From Gemmatales bacterium (GTDB lineage: Bacteria > Planctomycetota > Planctomycetia > Gemmatales > HRBIN36), in contig JBEPZY010000001.1 of NCBI GenBank assembly GCA_041640595.1, positions 960,001-1,024,000 of the forward strand: a stretch of DNA of 64,000 nt, read 5' to 3'. Below the pieces are notes generated by a model. The model worked only from the letters and a program-made list of their open reading frames with translations. It had not been told where the DNA came from and made no database searches. Of the stretch, positions 32,001 through 40,327 are shown in pieces; position 1 is the first letter of the stretch, and every line of letters begins with the position of its first letter. The translations under genes and the position numbers were made by a program.

Positions 32001-32242
32001 TCTACGACAACGACCTGTCGCAACTGGTGCAGATTCAAAGCGTCTGGGTCGGGCCGACCAGCTACAGTTCCCGTATTTCACTCATCAAAGGCGGAGTGAG
32101 CAGTCCACCGTTGACCACGGCCCAATTGCTGGCTGACAGTGCCGCGGATCAACTCTTCGGCGGTTGGGGTCAGGATTGGTTCCTGCGACTGGCGATCAAT
32201 GACCAGCTGCCCGACCGTGTCAGCAACGAACAAATCAATTAG
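26027..32242 (+). CDS. giant surface protein/adhesin: planctomycete extracellular signal, BNR/Asp-box beta-propeller, cadherin-like/CSPG repeats, RTX-type Ca-binding repeats
   Basis: ATG 26027 after GGAGG; FRPQLETLEERTVPS signal; many S/T-x-D/N-GG-x-TW Asp boxes; PVNDAP/PVNDPP repeat junctions; FTQQDI...YEHDGSET CSPG-like units; GGAGND nonapeptides near the C-terminus. Confidence 0.88.
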   Translation: MLRWLARWWSGRRRTASAQTVGRRSRRSRASRFRPQLETLEERTVPSTSIPLNPLTWAHFGPAPIQAFGQPTNPLAGRVNAVAAHPTNPNIYYLATDGGGVWKTTNGGTTWTWITNQPNLPSQVIGAIAVAPTNPNVIYAGTGRADFSVDSRYGQGLYVSTDGGNTWFVTDGDSDPDGPAGTDTNLRDGPFFRRVITAIAVDPTNASTVYVALTEVGMTHQRTTATDDTRSGIYKSTDGGRTWTNITWDKIVDLSSSTVSAVNLYFSDVLVRPDNPNVVFAAVGDPRGSDLNGLWKSSDGGNSWTRVLSFPSGKFEPRVGVIDLAISQSNPNIMAAVITDAGSRPDGALYRVLRTTNGGTTWTLATNLPASPPINHRHARIAIHPFNPNIMYLAGDSGPNSLLLSPNGGSLWQDISSAGTNPPHPGHNFLAFDANSRLLVGNNGGIWRFDGTAWSNLNATLSITNVNKVGVSFFNQDILFAGTAYNGLIRFDDGVGWTTPMITNLTSPNYADAGEIIVDPLNPSVVYAIHLESSPNPLYFRIMASTDGGFTFQPLNLSETLAYGRYSLLDVTFDIRPYYPFFVIDPSFEALYSNAIAAGARGRLVLAGIHGGNPSYVFAGGTPSAPITAFATYQSATNPSGNPERGWFTKADGGVDTSTGPILGPSPWVSVTPFPGFQGRWSDIAISGSDPVDQGTAYIVADAFRDEGLPNGQVYVTTDAGVTWIPIGQGLPDTPIQSIVVEARRPGFLDDILYVATDQGVYRGFYEPTTAQWIWTRFWDNLPDLLVTDLDFNPYYNQLFASTWGKGVYGVLINQNLPPMVAPLPPQTVSEDPPLPLVFSSGTGNQIVVADPDAEASPLRVTLTVSNGKLTLASNAGLTFLAGDGNADATMTFEGTLTAINNALNGLEYMPNPDFSGTETLIITVNDLGHNGPGGPQTTTATIMINVTPVNDAPVLDASGNPFLDDIREDDVANSGTRISDLLARTAGVTDVDGPGAGIALINVDTTNGTWEYSLDGGVTWSPVIGVSFTNALLLPSTARLRFIPLPDFNGSMPNAITFHAWDQSSGTAGSTVDLTGLLGGSNAFSVNSETASLTVLPVNDAPTVLSVTTNWTNPLTEDSFPPYPQITLTNLQPGGGSDEAGQLLSVSASLLNGTSITGTFQYSTDGGATFTATPPTGLAAGANVIVRFIPNPDVNGSDTIVVVIQDNGGTANGGLDTSSVTRTIVIDPVNDPPVLVNNGPASVNEGGSITITNALLLTTDVDHAPNQLTYTLTLRPVNGTLLKNGNPIPLGGTFTQQDIADGLIVYEHDGSETTSDLFQFTVQDAAGASPPGGPFTFNITVNPVNDPPVVGTIIPNPVNLVEDSFAVPVQVLITGIDPVELGQIILSVNANTSNASITGPVSVTYPYLGDPTQALIEFVPPANAFGSANLLVTIQDNGGGSDTSTIVIPVNISPVNDPPALVNNNPLTVNEGGTGIIASTLLLATDVDNPVGQIIYELATLPSNGRVLLNGTPLNVGDTFTQADINASRVRYQHNGSETLTDNFTFNLRDANGASGGSFTFSININPINDPPSVDLNGSAPGVDFTATFNQPGPGSVFIVNTTGLTVSDPDSPTLAFARIVLTNRPDGSNEDLIVTLPSGSPLTVTPYNPTTGELLITGPGTLADYQAALRTLQYRNNKTFPNLTTRIITVEVNDGTVTGPVATARVVFSGAALPVVDLNGAAPGRDNTVNLSNTSVLIAPAGTVQDIDSPVLRRMVVRLMNRPNALAESLTFTSSGGIVGFYNPATGVLELSGPATLAAFQTVLRSVRYENTAAIPDPTPRTIQVFANDGYNNGPVATVIVNFGPILVRPIAGGGQSLIVVGTNGDDQIFVSPAGATSFRVARNGSILGTFSRSTYQRVVLFGLNGNDRLEVERTLPLNAILVGGSGNDVLLGGAGNDIILGGAGNDQLYGRIGRDILIGGAGADILYGHDPGSGAVGDDQDILIGDSTIYDNDLSQLVQIQSVWVGPTSYSSRISLIKGGVSSPPLTTAQLLADSAADQLFGGWGQDWFLRLAINDQLPDRVSNEQIN

Positions 32243-32319
32243 CCCGCCTTCGTCGCCCCTGGAAGTTTAGACCGGTCTCTCTAGCGGCGGGTGTCAGCAA
32301 CGAACCGGTCAATTAGCCC
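32217..32319 (+). repeat. 29-bp direct duplication of the adhesin 3' end including stop codon
   Basis: GTGTCAGCAACGAACAAATCAATTAGCCC (32217-32245) vs GTGTCAGCAACGAACCGGTCAATTAGCCC (32291-32319). Confidence 0.8.
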
Positions 32320-32691
32320 ATTTCCGGCCTGCTTAGTCGGTGCACTCTGACCTTCGCGTGCAGGCCACAGTAGAATCGCTACAATGGCGGGGATTGGACA
32401 GCTTCGTGCCAGTGGTGCACTGGCAGAGTTTCGCTGCTGGAATTTCGCAGAGCGTAGATTGGCGGTGCGCTGTGCTGGCCCGGCTTCGCCTGTGGAATGT
32501 CGCCGCCGGCATGGATGCCTCTGCCGAGACGGATCGGGCTTTCATCCCAGGCGAACAACCCGTGTGGCGGAGGACACTGTCCCACGGGAAGGCAAAATTA
32601 GTTGCGCATGCCGAACGAATGCGTCTTTGCTGAACAGGATGGCATTCAGGAGCGGTGATGAAACGTTGGCAAGATAAGCTGAGGGCTAACC

Positions 32692-34620
32692 ATGCACCGT
32701 GAGCAGCCTTTGGAACCTGAAGAAGCCAGCCTCGGTTCGGTCTGCGGGCAGACCAGTCCGCTGTCGGAACAAGATCGAAAGTCCGAAGAACCTGCGGCAG
32801 GTTCCGGGCCAGAGCAAGCGTCAGGCGCAGCCTTGGCGTCCGATGTTGACGCTGAGCCGAGCCAGGCGGCCGGAACTTCGCTTTCTTCGTCACCGTTGCC
32901 GGCGCAGCTGGCGTCGGGCAGTGCATCCGCCGAATCGCTTTCCGGACGGCAAAACGCCGAAGCATCGTGCGGCGCCGCACAATCAAATATCGCGTCCCGT
33001 GAACCCAAGTTGACCGAATATCGCGGCCATGCCGTTGCGGACATTGCGAGCAAGATCGTGGCGGCAACTGTTTCGAATGACCGGACGAGAGCAGAGACCG
33101 AAACCCATGAGCCGAACCCCGGAATTGTCAGGCCGAGGCGGCGGTGGGTGTGGTGGGTGGTGGTTGGGGTAGGTGTGCTGGGTCTGGTCATTGGGCCGAT
33201 TGGGATTTGGCTGACCGTGGTGTGGTTCGGTGGGCTGGCGCAGCTGCAATCGGCAATGGCGGAAGCGGATGCGATTTATCCGCACTGGCGTTGGGAGGAT
33301 TTGATCCGCCAGCGCGAACAAGTACCGCCCGAAGAAAACGCCTGGCCCCTCATCGAACAAATCGCCGAACGGTACCGAGCGAATCCCTACACCGAAACAC
33401 TCGAGAGGAAACAGCGGTTCTGGAATCGCTGGAATCAATATCTGGCATCAAATCCGAACCGTTATTTGCCTGCCGAATTGTCGAAGGAGTTAGAGGACTG
33501 GGTTGCTCACGATCGAACTTTGCCGCTCCTTATCGAGCAAGTGAATCGTCGCCGGCGCGCGCAGGCTCCTTGGCCATACTTGGGAGGAAGTCCGACGCTC
33601 CCTTACCCTATTTCTATAGAATCCGTGTTGTGGCGTAATCGCTCTGCACTAGCGATAATGCATGAGCATTATTTGAATCAGGAGCGTTATCGTGAGGCAG
33701 AAATAGCCGTGTTGGCGGCGTGGAAAGTTGTGACGGCCCTGGACGACATCCCGTCGGAATACTATCAGTCCATCGGCTCAGGTTCTCAAAACTGGGCCAT
33801 TAGGCGATTAGAGCGACATCTTCTGCTAACTGAGTTCTCGCAGGAAAACCGGCAAATAGTGCGTCAGTTGCTCGAGAGGCAGCAAGAGATTGCGCGGCAA
33901 CGGATTTTCTGGGCTATTCGCGCCGAACGAGCACTAGCGCATGAAAGATTTGAGCAGATTCGACGTGGCGAGCTCAGCTTGACTAAAGCTGACGACTGGG
34001 GAGGTGGTTCTTCATGGCTGCCGTCTAACTGGGGTGAATTGCTGCAGCACTATCTCTGGGATAAGCCTAAGGGTGTGCTTATGAGACGGTTCGGCCCAAT
34101 CGTTTTATGGGCCCACCAGCATCAGCTTCATGCCGAAGCAATAAGCGATTGTAACCGCCTGGAAAAAGCCGCTAACAAATCGGATGATGAAGTATCGCGC
34201 GAATGGAAATCAATATGTGAACGAAGATTGCAGGCCTTGCAAAAGTGGTGGTTTACTGGCAATGCTGATAGCATTGCTGGCATTTCACTTTATAACGACG
34301 CACTAAGAAGAAGCAAGATTTTATTAGAAGCGGCAAAGGCGGGACTGGCAGCGGAGGAATTTCGCGTTGAGCACGGTCGTTTGCCCCACGATTGGAACGA
34401 ACTGGTACCGCGTTATCTGCCATCTATCCCGCACGACTCCTTCGCAGGGGGGCCGTTTCAGTTCAAGACCACCGCTGACGGTATCGTCATCTATTCTGTT
34501 GGGACAGACCGCAAGGACGATGGAGGTGATCCAGAGCGAGACATCGTCTTCCGTGTGTACGACCGCGACAAACGCGGTCTGCCCCCCGTGCCGTTCAAAC
34601 CATCGGCCGCTGGACCATAG
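32692..34620 (+). CDS. single-TM membrane protein with C-terminal GspG/pseudopilin-C-like motif (paralog B)
   Basis: 642 aa; same TM segment as 23078-25081; GLAAEEFRVEHGRLP..W.ELVP.YL...IVIYSVG....DDGG tail. Confidence 0.8.
   Translation: MHREQPLEPEEASLGSVCGQTSPLSEQDRKSEEPAAGSGPEQASGAALASDVDAEPSQAAGTSLSSSPLPAQLASGSASAESLSGRQNAEASCGAAQSNIASREPKLTEYRGHAVADIASKIVAATVSNDRTRAETETHEPNPGIVRPRRRWVWWVVVGVGVLGLVIGPIGIWLTVVWFGGLAQLQSAMAEADAIYPHWRWEDLIRQREQVPPEENAWPLIEQIAERYRANPYTETLERKQRFWNRWNQYLASNPNRYLPAELSKELEDWVAHDRTLPLLIEQVNRRRRAQAPWPYLGGSPTLPYPISIESVLWRNRSALAIMHEHYLNQERYREAEIAVLAAWKVVTALDDIPSEYYQSIGSGSQNWAIRRLERHLLLTEFSQENRQIVRQLLERQQEIARQRIFWAIRAERALAHERFEQIRRGELSLTKADDWGGGSSWLPSNWGELLQHYLWDKPKGVLMRRFGPIVLWAHQHQLHAEAISDCNRLEKAANKSDDEVSREWKSICERRLQALQKWWFTGNADSIAGISLYNDALRRSKILLEAAKAGLAAEEFRVEHGRLPHDWNELVPRYLPSIPHDSFAGGPFQFKTTADGIVIYSVGTDRKDDGGDPERDIVFRVYDRDKRGLPPVPFKPSAAGP
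33129..33376 (+). repeat. right arm of 248-bp inverted repeat (partner 24283-24530)
   Basis: ~97% identical to the reverse complement of 24283-24530. Confidence 0.92.
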
Positions 34621-34880
34621 CAGCGCGAACGGGCCGATCGTTGATGCGCCGCCTGGTCTCGAAGGCGTCTCCATAGATAACCGTAGCAGCGTGAACCCGG
34701 ACACAGTCTCCGCGTTTTGACAAAAACGAGGGTTCAAGCCAGCGTATCCATAACCATACCAGCGTGAACACCGCGGCTGGAGAGAATGTGCTGCCGTTCT
34801 TGTTCGCGCTTTGCCGAGACTGCCTCGAATGTAGCAGCGTGAACGCCGTGGCTGGCGAGGGAGAGAGTGTACTTCCTGCT
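34613..34880 (+). repeat. degenerate direct-repeat array, 4 units, period 66-75 bp
   Basis: core CAGCG(C/T)GAAC at 34621, 34687, 34760, 34835 with partially shared flanks. Confidence 0.55.
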
Positions 34881-35272
34881 GAACTCACCAAGCGCGCCAC
34901 TCTGCACCGCCGCGGTTTATAGAGGTGGGAGGCTCGATTTCTGGGATAGTTAGTTCCTGAGCAAGCTATACGTTGCTGCGGTCGGTGGAGGTGTTAGGGT
35001 GCCAATCTTGCTTGCGGCGGTTCCGGCAGACCTGACACGTTGCGGCCGTAAAAGTCTTTCTCCCGCTCATCAGGAAACGAGGCACTTTCGACGCCGCGAT
35101 CGGTATCCTTTGCTTCATCTGTCGGCCGCCCTTGTGTAGGATGGAACTGACGCGGCCTGTCTGGCCTGGGCAATTTCCCGACCGAGGCGGTCATCAAGAA
35201 CGATTAGATCCCGCCCATAGTACGCCGCCAGGTTTCTGGTATCCCTTGCCGAACCAAGAATGGCGAAGGAAC

Positions 35273-36025
35273 ATGGCTGGGCTGAATTCTCCGCTCGATA
35301 ACCATAAAGCCCTTGAGCAAGCCGTCGAGCATATCGGCAGATGGTTGCCCGAATGTAGCCGACTCGCTCTCGGTGCGGGTCGCACCCTGGAAGCGTTGCT
35401 GCCGTATCTCGCCCGGCTTTGTTCCCGCACCACCGGACTGGTAGTAGTTTCGGCCAGCGAGGTAACCACCCGGAAAGCCGTCGCGGCCGGACTGCCGGTA
35501 ACCTGGCTGGATTCTGCACCGGTGGAGCAAATGCTCCCGGCCGATGATTTACATCTCTTGCTCGACGGTGCCGATGAGGTGGACCCTCATTTGAATCTCA
35601 TCAAGGGCTACGGTGGCGCATTGACCCGCGAAAAGATTCTTGCCGCGGTGGCTCAGCGTCGGATCTACGTCGTAACGCCGGAAAAACTGGTTCCGGTTCT
35701 GGGAACGCGCGGACGTTTGCCTGTGGAAGTCATGCGTTTCGGCTGGCACTGGACGAAACGGCATGTGGAAGCTGTCCTGGCAACAGTGGCGGAATTACGC
35801 TGCGATGCCAATGGTTACCCCGTTGTCACCGATAATGGCCAGTATCTGCTGGATTGTCGGATCGGGCCGCTGGAGCACCCAGCGGAGTTGCTGCGGCGAC
35901 TGCGAGCCATTCCTGGCGTGGTCGAAGTAGGATTGTTTCTGGATCTGGCCGACGAGGTGCTGGTCCTGGAACAGCAGGGAATTCGCGTGCTGAGCCGAGC
36001 GGTAAATTATTCGGACAATGGCTAG
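35273..36025 (+). CDS. rpiA: ribose-5-phosphate isomerase A
   Basis: DGADEVD, LIKGYGGALTREKI, LPVEV, TDNG, IPGVVEVGLF; start re-assigned to ATG 35273. Confidence 0.92.
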   Translation: MAGLNSPLDNHKALEQAVEHIGRWLPECSRLALGAGRTLEALLPYLARLCSRTTGLVVVSASEVTTRKAVAAGLPVTWLDSAPVEQMLPADDLHLLLDGADEVDPHLNLIKGYGGALTREKILAAVAQRRIYVVTPEKLVPVLGTRGRLPVEVMRFGWHWTKRHVEAVLATVAELRCDANGYPVVTDNGQYLLDCRIGPLEHPAELLRRLRAIPGVVEVGLFLDLADEVLVLEQQGIRVLSRAVNYSDNG

Positions 36026-36090
36026 CCTGCTGGCAAACATGGGCGGTAGCGGAGTGCGGACGGCGATTTGACTGGCATACGGAGTGGCGT

Positions 36091-37086
36091 ATGGAACTGG
36101 GTATGGTCGGATTGGGACGCATGGGCGCGAACATGACGCGACGGCTGATGCGGCGCGGTCATCGGCTGGTCGTCTATGACCGCGAGCCCACGGCGGTGCA
36201 GCAACTCCAAAACGAAGGCGCGAGCGGTGCCGCCAGTTTGCGGGATTTGGTGGAGCGCCTGGCTCGCCCGCGAATTGTCTGGCTGATGTTACCAGCGGGA
36301 GAAGTAACAGAGGACACAATTGCCGAATTGCGGTTGCTCCTGCAAGCTGGGGATATGATCGTAGATGGTGGCAACACGTATTTCGAGGACGATCTGCGGC
36401 GGTGGCACGAATTGCAGCGATTCGGGATTGATTATGTGGATGTTGGCGTGAGTGGCGGCGTCTGGGGTCTGGAGCGCGGCTATTGCCTGATGGTAGGCGG
36501 AGAAAAATCGGCTGTGGCTCGGTTGGAACCGATCCTGCGGGACTTAGCTCCCGGTTCGCAAGCAGCGCCGCGCACGCCCGGGCGAACCGGCGAACCGCAA
36601 CCGTGCGAGCTCGGCTATTTGCATTGCGGCCCTGTCGGTGCCGGGCATTTTGTGAAAATGGTGCACAACGGTATCGAATACGCCCTGATGCAAGCCTATG
36701 CAGAAGGAGTGGATTTGCTCCAGGCTGCTGCTCAATCGCAACCGCAACGCGACTGGTGCTATCATTTCGATATCCCGGCCATTCTGGAATTGTGGCGGCG
36801 CGGAAGCGTAGTCGGGTCGTGGTTGCTGGATTTAGCGGCAACGGCGACGCACAAGGATCCCCAGTTGCAGCGATTCTCCGGTCAGGTGCCGGATTCCGGA
36901 GAAGGGCGATGGACGGTGCAGACTGCGGTGCAGCTGGGGACTGCCATTCCAGCTCTGGCAACGGCGTTATTCGCGCGATTCCGGTCACGGCGGGGCAATT
37001 CCTACGGCGAAAAACTGCTTTCGGCTCTGCGGGAACAATTTGGCGGACATCGGGAACAATCGGCGACTTCCACAGCTTCGGCATGA
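36091..37086 (+). CDS. gnd: 6-phosphogluconate dehydrogenase, decarboxylating (short NAD-type)
   Basis: GLGRMG, DGGN, DVGVSGG, GAGHFVKMVHNGIEY, DSGEGRW, FGGH; ATG 36091 after GGAG. Confidence 0.93.
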   Translation: MELGMVGLGRMGANMTRRLMRRGHRLVVYDREPTAVQQLQNEGASGAASLRDLVERLARPRIVWLMLPAGEVTEDTIAELRLLLQAGDMIVDGGNTYFEDDLRRWHELQRFGIDYVDVGVSGGVWGLERGYCLMVGGEKSAVARLEPILRDLAPGSQAAPRTPGRTGEPQPCELGYLHCGPVGAGHFVKMVHNGIEYALMQAYAEGVDLLQAAAQSQPQRDWCYHFDIPAILELWRRGSVVGSWLLDLAATATHKDPQLQRFSGQVPDSGEGRWTVQTAVQLGTAIPALATALFARFRSRRGNSYGEKLLSALREQFGGHREQSATSTASA

Positions 37087-37113
37087 GTCCCTCGGCCCAT
37101 TGCGAGTTCGACC

Positions 37114-37806
37114 ATGACCCTTAGACGTGTGCAGGTTTCCGCATCCATTCTGGCGGCGGATTTTGCCCGGCTGGGCGAGCAAATACGCGAAGCCGAAGAC
37201 GCCGGCGTGGACCGCCTGCATTTCGACGTCATGGATGGCCATTTCGTACCGAACTTATCTCTGGGGCCGATGGTGCTGGAATCGTTGCGGCCAATTACGC
37301 GTCTGCCCATCGAAGTTCACCTGATGGTTTGCGAACCGCTGCGGTTTCTGGAAGCATTCGCCCGAGCCGGTGCCGACTACCTCATGGTACACGCCGAGAT
37401 TGACACTCCGTGGTCAGCGATACATACGGCCATTCGCCAGCTTGGCAAAAAGGTGGGACTGGTGTTGAATCCGGAAACGCCAGCGGAATCCATTATCGAA
37501 CGCTTACCGGACGTGGATATCGTGGTGGTCATGACCGTGCATCCTGGTTTCAGTGGCCAGGCGTTTTTGCCGCAAATGTTGCCGAAGTTGCGAACCTTGC
37601 GAGAACGAGTAGATCGGCTCGGTCTGCCTTGCGATCTGGAAGCCGACGGTGGCGTCAACGAAGAAACGGCCCGGCTCGTGGTGCAAGCCGGGGCTAACGT
37701 TGTGGCAGCGGCATCGGCAATTTTTCGCGCTGCCGACGGCATTCCCCTGGCCGTCGAGCGCTTGCGTCGGGCTTTGTCTGAAAACGTAACCTATCGCTCG
37801 TCTTAG
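37114..37806 (+). CDS. rpe: ribulose-phosphate 3-epimerase
   Basis: SILAADF, HFDVMDGHFVPN, MTVHPGFSGQ, DGGV. Confidence 0.95.
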   Translation: MTLRRVQVSASILAADFARLGEQIREAEDAGVDRLHFDVMDGHFVPNLSLGPMVLESLRPITRLPIEVHLMVCEPLRFLEAFARAGADYLMVHAEIDTPWSAIHTAIRQLGKKVGLVLNPETPAESIIERLPDVDIVVVMTVHPGFSGQAFLPQMLPKLRTLRERVDRLGLPCDLEADGGVNEETARLVVQAGANVVAAASAIFRAADGIPLAVERLRRALSENVTYRSS

Positions 37807-38007
37807 CGACAATCGTGGCGATAAAAGGTATCCTGTCAGGTCGCTGATGACTTCGGAAATTTCGCCCTGGTCGGGATGCCGCTGGAAACCTGGCCCTGGT
37901 GTCACGCTCAGTAGGCGGACAAATTTGCCGGCCGCGGTACACTATCGTAGAGGAGCAAAACCGATATGGTGGCCAAGTTTCCACATTCTGCCCACGGGGG
38001 GTGATCT

Positions 38008-38556
38008 GTGACGCGAATTTTTGCTGTGCTGGCGACGCTGACCGCATGTGCCCTGCTCGTTGCCTTCGGTCTGGGAATGACCCAATTGGTCGAGCCGATC
38101 CCGCAACGGCAAGCCTGGGGCAGTTTTAGCCTGCCTGTGAGCTGGCACATTGTTGCTGCCCTTGTTGCCAGCGTCCTGGTCTTGCTGGTGCACTGTCTGG
38201 TCTTTACCTATTTGCTGGGCACCGGTCGCTGGGTCAAGGAAGTGAGCCAGGCTTACGGCGTACCGCAGGAAGAAGGCATTGCCGCCAGCAGACAGTTGAA
38301 GCGGCAAGCTTATCCGTCGGCGATGCTGGCCATGCTCGTGGTGATTTTTACCGCCGGTAGCGGTGCCGCTATTCACACCGATCCCGACTCCTGGATAGGC
38401 CTGACGCATCCGGTTTTGTCGGTGTTGACGTTGCTGGCCAATGGCTGGGCATTTGTCCGCGAATATCATGTGATCCGCGCCAACCAGGCCGTGCTCGACC
38501 GCATAATGAATTTCGTCCAGTCGCGGCAGGCTATGGCTTCCGGCCAGCCAGCTTAA
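38008..38556 (+). CDS. hypothetical integral membrane protein (~4 TM, His-containing helices)
   Basis: 182 aa ORF with four hydrophobic segments and genome-typical codon use. Confidence 0.7.
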   Translation: MTRIFAVLATLTACALLVAFGLGMTQLVEPIPQRQAWGSFSLPVSWHIVAALVASVLVLLVHCLVFTYLLGTGRWVKEVSQAYGVPQEEGIAASRQLKRQAYPSAMLAMLVVIFTAGSGAAIHTDPDSWIGLTHPVLSVLTLLANGWAFVREYHVIRANQAVLDRIMNFVQSRQAMASGQPA

Positions 38557-38602
38557 GTTGCGCTAACGCCAGCCGTGCCAACCGTACGCAGCGTGGCTGC
38601 GC

Positions 38603-39490
38603 TTACAGCGGTTCATCCGCCCAATTGCGGGGAATGAGAAAGTATTCGGTGAGTTGAGCCTCGCGGCTGCCAGGTTCGGGATGGTAATCGTACACGTAGC
38701 GGACTGTAGGCGGCAAAGACATCAGGATAGACTCAACCCGTCCCCCCGTTTTCAAACCGAATTGCGTACCCCGGTCGTACATCAGGTTGAATTCCACATA
38801 TCTGCCCCGCCGCACTTGCTGGAAGAATCGCTCACGTTCGCCGTAAGGTTCGTCCTTTCGCCGGCGAACAATCGGCAAATAGGCGTCGAGAAAGTGATCG
38901 CCGCAGTCCCGGACAAAGGCGAAAAGTTTGTCCAAATCGCCCTGCAAATAATCGAAAAAGATGCCCCCGACGCCGCGATGTTCCCGGCGATGCGGCAGGT
39001 AGAAGTATTCGTCGCACCACTGTTTGAACCGACGATAATCCACCGGCGGAGCGTGCCGCTCGCACACCGTCTTCCACACGCGATGGAAGTGAATCACATC
39101 TTCGCGGTAGGGATAATAGGGAGTCAGGTCGGCACCACCACCGAACCAGGCAGTATCACCTTTGCACAAAAAACGGAAGTTGGCGTGAACAGTCGGCACC
39201 ATCGGGTTGAGCGGATGCAGGACCAGGGAAATGCCCGTTGCCTGAAATGCACGTCCTTCACCAGGCATGGAGCGGGCGAATTCTTCACTGAACTCGCCCC
39301 AGACCTGAGAGAAGTTCACACCGGCTTTTTCAAAGACAGCCCCATCTGCCAGAACGCGGGTACGCCCTCCACCACCACCTGGTCGGTCCCACAAATCCTC
39401 GCGGAAGCGGGCTCGACCATCCACTTCCTCCAGCGCCTGGCAAATGCGGTCCTGAAGCTGACGGAAATACGCTGCCGCTTGCTCAAACAT
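38603..39490 (-). CDS. hemF: oxygen-dependent coproporphyrinogen III oxidase
   Basis: [46 protein letters not shown]; start at MFEQ. Confidence 0.96.
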   Translation of the reverse strand: MFEQAAAYFRQLQDRICQALEEVDGRARFREDLWDRPGGGGGRTRVLADGAVFEKAGVNFSQVWGEFSEEFARSMPGEGRAFQATGISLVLHPLNPMVPTVHANFRFLCKGDTAWFGGGADLTPYYPYREDVIHFHRVWKTVCERHAPPVDYRRFKQWCDEYFYLPHRREHRGVGGIFFDYLQGDLDKLFAFVRDCGDHFLDAYLPIVRRRKDEPYGERERFFQQVRRGRYVEFNLMYDRGTQFGLKTGGRVESILMSLPPTVRYVYDYHPEPGSREAQLTEYFLIPRNWADEPL

Positions 39491-40232
39491 GGTCAGCCTC
39501 CTCTGGTGCAATCCGGCCGCAATCGGAAAGAAGTTGGCTTTCCTGGTCGCAGCCTGTTTGCTGAGAGCGGTTGGCGATAAGCCTGCTGGTTTCCGCTTCG
39601 CTTGCCCTCCCCTTGCGAATCGCAGATTTTTGCGAGTGCAAAGATGCCGCGTACATTTTCCGATGCAATATCACGCTTCCTCGTTGCGAGTCCGCGGATT
39701 ATCGCGCCTCTCGGCGGCGAGGACGACTTGCCCATCCGGCCACCGCTACGGTTCGGCTATCGCGTGATTTCGGCCGACCATCGTCTCTCACACCCAGGGC
39801 AATCTACGCCCCATCCCTGCGGATTCCAGGTGAAGAAGCGTTGTCGGGGCCACCTGACCATTGCAGGGAGCATTACCGCGACGCCGGGGCGGTCTGGCTT
39901 TCGCTGGCATCGCAGTTAACCGAATCGTTTGCTCGCCATTGCTCGGCCGAGCAGTCGCTTTCCGTGCACCCTATTCGAGTCTGGTGATTCCGCTGCTGGC
40001 CAGAGCAAGCAAAACCAGCTCCCTGCCGTCTTGTAAGCTGTGGAGGGCAAATTCGGCTCTCGCCGGACGCGCGAGGGCTAATCCACCCCACGCCTTTTTC
40101 AGGTGGGCGATAGTAGCGGCGAGTTGGTGAGTAGCAAACGGCATACCTGGACGAATCGCAAACCCGGTCTGCGCCATAACACTCGCCTGTACAAGGACTT
40201 CTGGAACGGTCAATTTTCCGCCGCCGGCCTCA

Positions 40233-40327
40233 CGCTCTCCCGTTTGGGAATATACGAAGCGGGTCACCGAGGGCGGCACGGAAGGCGAGAAAAGTGCGAG
40301 ACTTCTCCCGCTCTCCCGTTTGAGAAT
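40233..40327. repeat. pair of 19-bp direct repeats
   Basis: CGCTCTCCCGTTTGGGAAT (40233) vs CGCTCTCCCGTTTGAGAAT (40309). Confidence 0.55.

Noticed and set aside
35795..37084. 429-aa minus-strand ORF (and similar long antisense ORFs such as 4194-5336, 26075-27178, 58321-59181)
   Set aside because: Antisense shadows of well-supported genes in GC-rich DNA; no motifs
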